From Ascoidea asiatica JCM 7603 (taxonomy: Eukaryota > Fungi > Ascomycota): a stretch of 6,460 bases of DNA. Below the pieces are notes generated by a model that had not been told where the DNA came from, made no database searches, and saw only the letters and a list, made by a program, of their open reading frames with translations. Numbering within the stretch: the first letter of the stretch is position 1; the number at the start of each line of letters is the position of its first letter. Shown one piece after another: positions 1 through 6,365 of the stretch. The translations under genes were made by a program, and so were the position numbers. The stretch is taken from positions 1 through 6,460 of the forward strand of contig BCKQ01000056.1 in NCBI GenBank assembly GCA_001600695.1. Reading direction: 5' to 3'.

Positions 1-776
1 AAAAAATTTTTTAATTTTATTAATTTATTAAATTCAATATAATTTAAATTTGAAATTTCTGAGATTGAATTATTTGATAATTTTATTTTATATTTATTTT
101 GTTCAAAATAACCTTCTGGACCATCTAAGAATAAGATTTTATTTTCAATTGAATTTGAATAAGTAAATTTATTTTTATTATTACTGGCGGTAGTAATTTT
201 ATTATTATTTATATTGGCGGTAATGTTTTTATTGTTATTATTTTTATAAAAATTTGAAGATATTAAATTATTAAAGAATTTATTATAAAATTCTTCTTCT
301 TCAATAGTTTTTGGTAATGGAGTTTTTGTAAAATTATTAATTTGAATTTCATCATTATTATTATTATTATTATTATTGTTTCTAGTTATATTATTTGAAT
401 ATTTAATTTCAAATTTTTCAGGAGATGCATAACCTGCAATTTTTAATTTTTCATAAAATGAATTTTTATTTTTTAAAAATTTATAATTATTATTATTTTC
501 ATAATCATTAAAATCTTCATCATCATCAGATTGATCAAGTACTCTTTTTAAAGGTATAATTGAATTTGTAAATTGATTTATTTGAGATTTTAATGGAGAT
601 TTTAATGGACTTTTAATTTGATTTTTATATGGAGATTTTATTGGAGATATTATACCTCTTTTTAGACTTGAGATTGAATTTAATTTATTATTATTTATTT
701 TATTAATTGAAGGTAATATTATTTCATCTTTTGATATTCTTTTATTTGGAGATTTCAAAGATGGAATATTCTGCAT
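1..776 (-). CDS. ORC2: Origin recognition complex subunit 2, N-terminal part (about 258 codons, runs off the left edge)
   Basis: Manual translation from ATG (774-776) is open to the window edge: MQNIPSLKSPNK...NFTKTPLPK...LFLDGPEGYFEQNKYKIKLSNNSISEISNLNYIEFNKL. NFTKTPLPK (309-335) and FLDGPEGYFEQ (99-131) match recalled S. cerevisiae Orc2 segments NFTPTPVPK and FLDTFEGYFDQ that precede the conserved domain. The low-complexity N-terminus has six S-P-x-K CDK sites. Probably missed by the ORF track because there is no stop in the window. Confidence 0.85.
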   Translation of the reverse strand, partial: MQNIPSLKSPNKRISKDEIILPSINKINNNKLNSISSLKRGIISPIKSPYKNQIKSPLKSPLKSQINQFTNSIIPLKRVLDQSDDDEDFNDYENNNNYKFLKNKNSFYEKLKIAGYASPEKFEIKYSNNITRNNNNNNNNNDEIQINNFTKTPLPKTIEEEEFYNKFFNNLISSNFYKNNNNKNITANINNNKITTASNNKNKFTYSNSIENKILFLDGPEGYFEQNKYKIKLSNNSISEISNLNYIEFNKLIKLKNF

Positions 777-919
777 TATAATTGTAGTTTATAATGATTA
801 TTTTAGAATTAGTATCAATTCTGTTCTTGTTACTTGGTTACTTTGTTACTTTGTTTATATCACCCATTTTACTTCTTTGTTTATACACTTTTGAAGTGTG
901 AAGAGTAAACAAAGTTGTT

Positions 920-984
920 GCAGACCCCTGAAGTAGACCCCTGAAGTAGACCCCTGAAGTAGACCTCTGCTGTAGACCCCTGTG
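920..984 (+). repeat. 13-bp minisatellite, consensus GTAGACCCCTGAA, 5 copies (3 imperfect)
   Basis: gcagacccctgaa / gtagacccctgaa / gtagacccctgaa / gtagacctctgct / gtagacccctgtg, starting at 920, 933, 946, 959 and 972. Confidence 0.95.
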
Positions 985-1024
985 TACTCTCTGAGACCAT
1001 ATTCCTGGGTCTTCTTTATTTTAG

Positions 1025-1192
1025 AGCCCTGGAAGAAAACAAAAACAAAAAAACACGTTTGAAAAAGCCCTGAAAAAGCCCTGAAACAAAGAAAGAACGA
1101 GAGATTTGGCTGTTACCCGGAGCAGTCACCCATTTTCAGTGTGTGAATTAAAACTTTTCAATTGAGGCAGTATCAAAGAATGAATATAAAAG
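1025..1192 (+). promoter_or_regulatory. snoRNA-type Pol II promoter, shared divergently with ORC2
   Basis: Tbf1-like AGCCCTG(A) at 1025, 1066 and 1077; perfect Reb1 site TTACCCGG at 1113-1120; CAGTCAC (Homol-D-like) at 1123-1129; RRPE-like AAAACTTTTCA at 1150-1160; TATAAAAG at 1185-1192; A-rich tract at 1036-1053. Tbf1/Reb1/poly(dA)/TATA is the architecture described for yeast snoRNA promoters. Confidence 0.65.
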
Positions 1193-1283
1193 AGACTCAA
1201 ATTCACTTTGTTTTATTATGTTAGTTTATTCATTTATATTATTATTATCATTAAAAGTATTTAACCAATACCATGAATAAAGA

Positions 1284-1561
1284 GTAAGTTTACAATGATT
1301 TAAATATCAATATTTATATCTATATATATATAAGTTAATTATAAATTTCATGATGACCCAAATGCACAAGTTGAATTTCTTCGACCGATTTCTAAATTAT
1401 GAGGATTAAACATTACCGAGCTTTTTAAATCTGATAAATTTATAAAAAAAAATAAAATATGTATATGTATATATTAATTATTAATTATTAATGGATATTG
1501 ATATAAATATGAATAATGTTGTAAATTATTAAAGGATTATTACTAACAAGTTTTATTATAG
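1284..1561 (+). other. Spliceosomal intron (278 nt) of a non-coding snoRNA host transcript
   Basis: 5' splice site GTAAGT at 1284-1289, canonical branch point TACTAAC at 1541-1547, T-rich tract, 3' splice site TAG at 1559-1561. The joined exons give only a 9-codon ORF (MNKDYKLSF*, ATG 1273, TAA 1578-1580). Confidence 0.8.
1346..1438 (+). ncRNA. SNR47: Box C/D snoRNA snR47 (SNORD36/U36 family), guiding 18S Am619 and 25S Am2220 (S. cerevisiae numbering); ends approximate
   Basis: Box C ATGATGA 1350-1356. D' guide GTTGAATTTCTTC 1370-1382 is complementary to 25S GAAGAAAUUCAAC. Box D' CCGA 1385-1388, box C' ATGAGGA 1399-1405. D guide CGAGCTTTTTAA 1417-1428 is complementary to 18S UUAAAAAGCUCG. 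Box D CTGA 1431-1434. The D+5 rule lands on an A in both targets. A 10-bp closing stem forms between TTATAAATTT 1339-1348 and AAATTTATAA 1436-1445. Confidence 0.92.
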
Positions 1562-1920
1562 TTATAAATTGTCATTTTAATTACTTATTTTTATAGTTTT
1601 TATTTAATATATTTTATTTTTTAAATTAATTCTTATCTTTAAATTGTAGTTATAATATTGTATTTATTTTGATATTGTCTTTAAGATTAAATAAAAATTG
1701 ATTAAGACTTAATTACTTTTATTCATTTACTCTTGAGTGTTAATTTTATTACTTAATCATTTGATTGGATAATATATTAGAGTCAATTAAAGAATATTTT
1801 AAAAGTTGTAAATCATTATCATATTAAGTTTGTAAATGGTAATTATGTAAGAAGAGTAAATAATAATTAATATATAGTAAATAAGTGAATAAATAAATAA
1901 TTACTTAATTAATTACTTAA

Positions 1921-2670
1921 TTAATTTCTTGAATTTATAATATCAATAAATTCAGGTTTTAAAGATGCACCACCAACTAAGAAACCATCAACATCAACTT
2001 TATCTTTAAATTGATTTGCATTTTTACCATTAACAGAACCACCATAAAGAATTCTAATTTTTGAAGCTTGTTCATCACCAATTAATTTAATTAAAAATTC
2101 TCTAATTGATTTATGAGTTTCTTGAGCATCATCTGGAGTTGCAGCTAATCCAGTACCAATAGCCCAAACAGGTTCATAAGCAATAACAATATTTTTCCAA
2201 TCTTTAACTAATTTAGAAACTGCAGTTAATTGTCTTGAACAAATTTTTAAAGTTATACCAATTTTTCTTTCATCTAAAGTTTCTCCAATACATAAAATTA
2301 CTTTTAAATTATTATCTAAAGCAAATTTTGTCTTTGAAGCAATAAATTCATCAGATTCTTTAATTATTGTTCTTCTTTCAGAATGTCCAAGAATTACCCA
2401 AGTTGCACCAATATCTTTAATTTGTTCAACAGAAATTTCTCCAGTATATGCACCTGATTTTTTATCAAATGAATTTTGTGCAGCAATTTGAACAATTGGA
2501 AATTTTAAATTTTTTGAAACTGAAAAATCTAAATAAATTGAAGGTGGAGAAATTACAATTTCTGTATTTTTAGGTAATTCACTTTCATTTAATCTTTTAA
2601 TAATTGTTTCAATTGAATTTTTTGAACCATTCATTTTAAAATTACCACCAACGAAAAAAGTACGAGACAT
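1921..2670 (-). CDS. TPI1: Triosephosphate isomerase (249 aa)
   Basis: [15 protein letters not shown] start, ILGHSERR (catalytic His), [11 protein letters not shown] (catalytic Glu, loop 6), [14 protein letters not shown]. The true start is the ATG at 2668-2670 in an AAAA-ATG context. The ORF track's 2721 start is a TTG extension. Confidence 0.99.
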   Translation of the reverse strand: MSRTFFVGGNFKMNGSKNSIETIIKRLNESELPKNTEIVISPPSIYLDFSVSKNLKFPIVQIAAQNSFDKKSGAYTGEISVEQIKDIGATWVILGHSERRTIIKESDEFIASKTKFALDNNLKVILCIGETLDERKIGITLKICSRQLTAVSKLVKDWKNIVIAYEPVWAIGTGLAATPDDAQETHKSIREFLIKLIGDEQASKIRILYGGSVNGKNANQFKDKVDVDGFLVGGASLKPEFIDIINSRN

Positions 2671-2737
2671 TTTTAAAAAAGATTTATAATATAATTTAGT
2701 TAATAATGAAATTTTATTCAATATTTGTTATTGTTAT

Positions 2738-2770
2738 TGTATTTGTATTTGTATTTGTATTTGTATTTGT
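2738..2770 (+). repeat. (TTGTAT)n hexanucleotide microsatellite in the TPI1 leader
   Basis: About 5.5 tandem copies visible. Confidence 0.9.
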
Positions 2771-2797
2771 TATTAGATAACTTATAATTGACAATTG

Positions 2798-2835
2798 ATA
2801 ATATAATATAATATAATATAATATAATATAATATA
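2798..2835 (+). repeat. (ATAAT)n pentanucleotide microsatellite
   Basis: About 7.5 perfect copies. Confidence 0.95.
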
Positions 2836-2866
2836 CAAAAGCTATTAATGAGAAGAAATGCAAAGG

Positions 2867-2874
2867 CTTTTATA
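2867..2874 (-). promoter_or_regulatory. Probable TPI1 TATA box (TATAAAAG)
   Basis: CTTTTATA on + reads TATAAAAG on -, about 200 bp upstream of the TPI1 ATG. It is part of the palindrome CTTTTATAAAAG (2867-2878). Confidence 0.55.
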
Positions 2875-2939
2875 AAAGAAAGAAAGTGAGAAATTGAGAA
2901 AGTGAAGAGATAATGCAGTAATAAAGAGAAGACATCATC

Positions 2940-3257
2940 TGGTGGTGGGTGGTAGGTAGTGTTACTGTTAGTGTTACTGTTAGTGTTACTGTTAGTGTTA
3001 CTGTTAGTGTTATCATCCGCTGCCATGCACCAGGCAATCACTCCGGGGTAGTCTCAGCAGTACCATGGCACTGGTGGTGGATCGTCAGATGGCACCGGGA
3101 CGCAAATCACACGCCACAGTGGAAATAGAGACCACTTCGATGGGTGTTCTCGGTCTGTCCTTGACTTCTTTGTGCTGTGTCCGTGATATTTGACTGGGGA
3201 TATATTTAACTGCGCCGGTCATGTGATCTTAGTTAGCTGCCATCAGGTAGTACCCGT
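2940..3257. promoter_or_regulatory. GC-rich core of the divergent TPI1/DET1 promoter
   Basis: Abrupt GC-rich island between two divergent ATGs. Contains the bHLH (Cbf1/Tye7-type) site ATCACATG on minus at 3220-3227, CATCC at 3014-3018, and a near-palindrome CAGTACCATGGCACTG at 3058-3073. Confidence 0.65.
2957..3012 (+). repeat. 12-bp minisatellite TAGTGTTACTGT, about 4.7 copies
   Basis: Perfect units at 2957, 2969, 2981 and 2993, plus a partial unit at 3005. Confidence 0.95.
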
Positions 3258-3302
3258 ATTATATTTTATTTATACTTTATTTATACTTTATTTATATTAT
3301 TT

Positions 3303-3338
3303 TATTATATTATATTATATTATATTATATTATATTAT
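3303..3338 (+). repeat. (TATTA)n pentanucleotide microsatellite in the DET1 leader
   Basis: About 7 perfect copies, preceded by an 11-bp repeat TTTATTTATAC at about 3265-3295. Confidence 0.95.
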
Positions 3339-3462
3339 TATATTTATTTATTCTCATTCAATTTGTATTATATATATTATACTCCTTCTCCTTTATCAAT
3401 CATTCAGTTTATTCTTATTTCAAATTCTTATCTCAACTTCATCAATTACAATATAAATTAAA

Positions 3463-4467
3463 ATGACAAGACCAAGATTAATAATTTTAGTACGTCATGG
3501 AGAATCTGAAGGTAATTGTGATAAAAGTGTAAATAGATATATACCAAATCATAAAGTACCTTTAACTAAAAAAGGTCAAGAACAAGCTATTTTAGCTGGT
3601 AAAAAATTAAGAAAATTTTTAAATAAAAATGATTCAATTTTATTTTATACTTCTCCATATATTAGAACAAGACAAACTTTAGATGGTATAATTAAAGGTC
3701 TTGAATTCAATTCTGAAAGTAATAACAATAATAACAATAATAATAATAAAATACCATATAGAGTTCATGAAGAACCAAGAATGAGAGAACAAGATTTTGG
3801 TAATTTTCAATCAAATTCTATAGAAATGGAAAAAATTTGGAAAGAAAGATCAAATTATGGTCATTTTTTTTATAGAATTCCACATGGTGAAAGTGCTGCT
3901 GATGTTTATGATAGAGTTGCAGGTTTTAATGAAACTATTTTTAGACAATTTAATAGTAATAAATTCCCAACAATTTTAGTATTAATAACTCATGGAATTT
4001 GGGCAAGAGTATTTTTAATGAAATGGTTTAGATGGAATGTTGAAAAATTTGAAAATTTAAGAAATATATCTCATTGTAAATTTCTTATTATGCAAAAAAA
4101 TATATCCTTAAATAATAATAATAAAAAATATAAATTATTAACAAAATTAAAAACTTGGGATGAAACAAATGATAAAGAAATTGATAATTATAATCATGAT
4201 ACTGAAAGATCTTTAATGTTAAATGCAACTTCTAATCTAGTTGATAATAATAATCTCGATAATAATCTCGATAATAATCTCGATAATAGTTCTAATAGTA
4301 ATTTAAATAATAATTTAAATAATTCTATTTTAAATGATACTAATAATAAAGAAATTGATGAAATTTTAAATAAAGAAAAAGAAACTATAAAAGATCAAAA
4401 ATTAAAAGAAGATAAAATAAAATTTGCTTTTGAAAAAAGAAGAAATTCAAGAAAATTATCTTTAAAA

Positions 4468-4498
<31 letters not shown>

Positions 4499-4692
4499 GT
4501 GGTGAAATAAAAGTTATAGAAAATAATTTAAAACATAAATTATCTTTAAATAATTTTAGTGATGATGAAAATAATAATGATGGTGAATCAAAACATTATA
4601 GTAAATCAAATTTAAAAGATTTAAATGATTTTTTAGATCTAGATCAAAATTATAATATCCCAACAGATTCTATATTATCTGATGTTCAATAA
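3463..4692 (+). CDS. DET1: Broad-range acid phosphatase, histidine phosphatase (phosphoglycerate mutase-like) family, Det1 orthologue (409 aa)
   Basis: PRLIILVRHGESEGN (RHG motif), YTSPYIRTRQT, EEPRMREQDFGNFQ, YGHFFYRIPHGESAADVYDRVA, LITHGIWARVFLMKWFRW. Adjacent to TPI1, as S. cerevisiae YDR050C and YDR051C are. Asn-rich C-terminal tail. Confidence 0.92.
4249..4288 (+). repeat. Coding 12-bp repeat AATAATCTCGAT x3 (NNLD repeats) in the DET1 tail
   Basis: Three perfect units plus a partial one, translating as NNLDNNLDNNLDN. Confidence 0.9.
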
Positions 4693-4849
4693 TATTATAA
4701 TTTTCATCCATAACTTTTTAAATGAATATACGGTAATAAATAATAAATAATAAATAATAAATATAAAGTATATGAAATAATAGTAAATCCATATAAATGG
4801 TCTCAACCTCATTTATTCTTCTAATCATGGGTCAAGAAATAACATTTTT

Positions 4850-5080
4850 TGGGACTGTCATAATATAGAATTTCAGTGGGACACTGCACTCACAAAACCT
4901 TAACTCCTTCAAACCAACCATCATGTGCATTAGTGTACCTATATGCACCCACAAAACGTTAATTTTTTTGAATCCATGTCTGCGGTACTGCGGCAGCCGT
5001 CGAATTTTTAAAATTCCCCAAAAAGGCACGGGAAAAAACCACAAAACAAAACAAAACAAATATAAAAAAAGTGCCCCTTT
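4850..5080 (+). promoter_or_regulatory. GC-rich promoter-like island with TATA box; no downstream ORF in the window
   Basis: Local GC rise after the DET1 3' region. TGCACCC at 4944-4950, CGG/CCG triplets at 4983-4999, A-rich tract at 5033-5060, TATAAAAA at 5061-5068, CCCCT at 5074-5078. Confidence 0.5.
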
Positions 5081-5159
5081 GAAATAAACAACTCAATTCA
5101 ATCAAATCAAGTTAATTCTTTTGAGTATTTTAACTCTCAGAGAAATAATGTAAGAAACA

Positions 5160-5189
5160 AAGAAAGTAAGAAAGTAAGAAAGTAAGAAA
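5160..5189 (+). repeat. (AAGAAAGT)n 8-bp repeat, about 3.7 copies
   Basis: aagaaagt aagaaagt aagaaagt aagaaa. Confidence 0.9.
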
Positions 5190-6365
5190 TTAATAAAGTA
5201 ATGAAATAACTTTCCTTTTACTCATTAAGAATAATTTCCTCTTTCAACTACCTTCTTTTCATAATAAAATAATAACATGAAGCTGGTTAACTAATCAAAT
5301 TAAAAATATGAATAATGTTATTTGAAATATTATGACTGATACTATGGTATTTTACCGATAATGAATAAACAAACTATTAATTTTGTATTCATAACTTCTT
5401 AAAACTGAAAATTACTTATTTTAATTTCAGGTAAATTTAAAAATTCCTTTAAACAATAACAATATTACATAACATTTTATTACTAATAATATTTACTTCC
5501 ACTCAATTAAAATAAACAAATCATTTTTGATTTAAAAAAAATCTTAAGGAAATTTTAATTTTCATAATTCTCAATCTTATCAATTATTAATGGTTAATGA
5601 TATTTAAAATTTTATAAACAGTATTTAATGAAAAAAATAAAAAATTTACCTCCTTTATTTATTTATCCTCCTTGAAATATCCTTGATTCCATGTAAATAA
5701 TGTAAATTAACTTACAATCATTTCATTTATCTCTATTCAATTTCATTCATTTAAATTAGCAATTATTAGATATCCAATACCAAGTATCAAATCAAATTAA
5801 ATCAATTCAATTCAATTCAAACTAATTTATAAATTAAATCATTTGGTAAATTAAATCAATTTACCCTTAATTTTTAGATCAATAAATTTAGTTAAATTAA
5901 TTCCTTAATTCATTAAATCAAACTATATTTTAATAATCTAAATCAATTAATTTCTGTCATATAAATTTTATAATTTATTTAATCATTCAATTATATAAAT
6001 TTAAAATTTATTCCATCTCATTCACTTTCATTCATTTTCATTCACTTTAATTCTTCAATAACTCATTTAATTCAATAAAATTCAAATATATGCAGTCATT
6101 TTCAAAAGGAGAAATTATTGAACTTTAACTACAAATTCAATTCTTTTATTTGTTTATTTATTTATTTAGTTATTTATTTATTCTTTTTGTTTGTTTATTT
6201 TTTTTTAAAATTTCTAGTTTCTAATATCTAGTTTACTTGTTTATTTATTTATTTACTTCTTTTTTTCACCTACTCATTTATTCATTTAACTGACCTATTT
6301 TTTAACTATTTACTTACAATACTCATATATTCAATCCTAGTTTATCCCAAACTAATAACTTGCCT

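Noticed and set aside
920-984. CRISPR-like or mobile-element interpretation of the repeats
   Set aside because: The units are head-to-tail with no spacers, the context is eukaryotic, and I found no cas, transposase or LTR features.
988-1012. CTGAGA motif suggestive of a TPP riboswitch
   Set aside because: The downstream conserved TTGATC...TAAT..CAGCG elements are absent and there is no thiamine gene nearby.
2671-2721. 17-residue N-terminal extension of Tpi1 in the ORF track (MNKISLLTK...)
   Set aside because: It begins at TTG, not ATG. Homology starts at [10 protein letters not shown], and ATG 2670 has a good context. A non-AUG extension cannot be excluded but has no support.
2957-3012. Repeated CACTAAC-AG on minus resembling a branch point and 3' splice site for a TPI1 5' UTR intron
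   Set aside because: It lies upstream of the likely TPI1 TATA box, I found no matching 5' splice site, and the AG is too close to the branch point.
2718-3041. 107-aa minus-strand ORF
   Set aside because: Non-ATG start as called, and composed of translated repeats (TNSN, YYIIL, YK) in the TPI1 promoter.
3218-3227. CDEI-like ATCACATG suggesting a point centromere
   Set aside because: In that orientation the adjacent DNA is GC-rich rather than a CDEII, no CDEIII is visible, and it lies in a divergent promoter.
3190-3456. 88-aa hydrophobic plus-strand ORF
   Set aside because: TTG start. The hydrophobicity comes from T-rich microsatellites in the DET1 leader.
5026-5035. GCACGGGAAA matching the 5' part of yeast U4 snRNA
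   Set aside because: Only 10 nt match. The flanks lack the rest of U4 (U6-pairing stems, kink-turn, properly placed Sm site).
4832-5059. 75-aa minus-strand ORF
   Set aside because: TTG start within a (TTTTG)n repeat, composition unlike the real genes, no recognisable motif.
5213-5221. TCCTTTTAC resembling U5 snRNA loop 1
   Set aside because: The invariant loop is GCCTTTTAC. There is no tight closing stem and no Sm site at the expected distance.
5304-5319. Exact 16-mer AAATATGAATAATGTT shared with the snR47 intron (1505-1520)
   Set aside because: A rough estimate for DNA this AT-rich gives on the order of one such match by chance in a window of this size, and the similarity does not extend.
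5308-5408. Possible second C/D snoRNA (CTGA at 5336 and 5405, CCGA at 5355)
   Set aside because: No RTGATGA box C, and I could not match the would-be guides to rRNA.
6312-6326. Minus-strand ATG AGT ATT followed by GTAAGT, like a first exon
   Set aside because: No TACTAAC branch point or second coding exon downstream on the minus strand.
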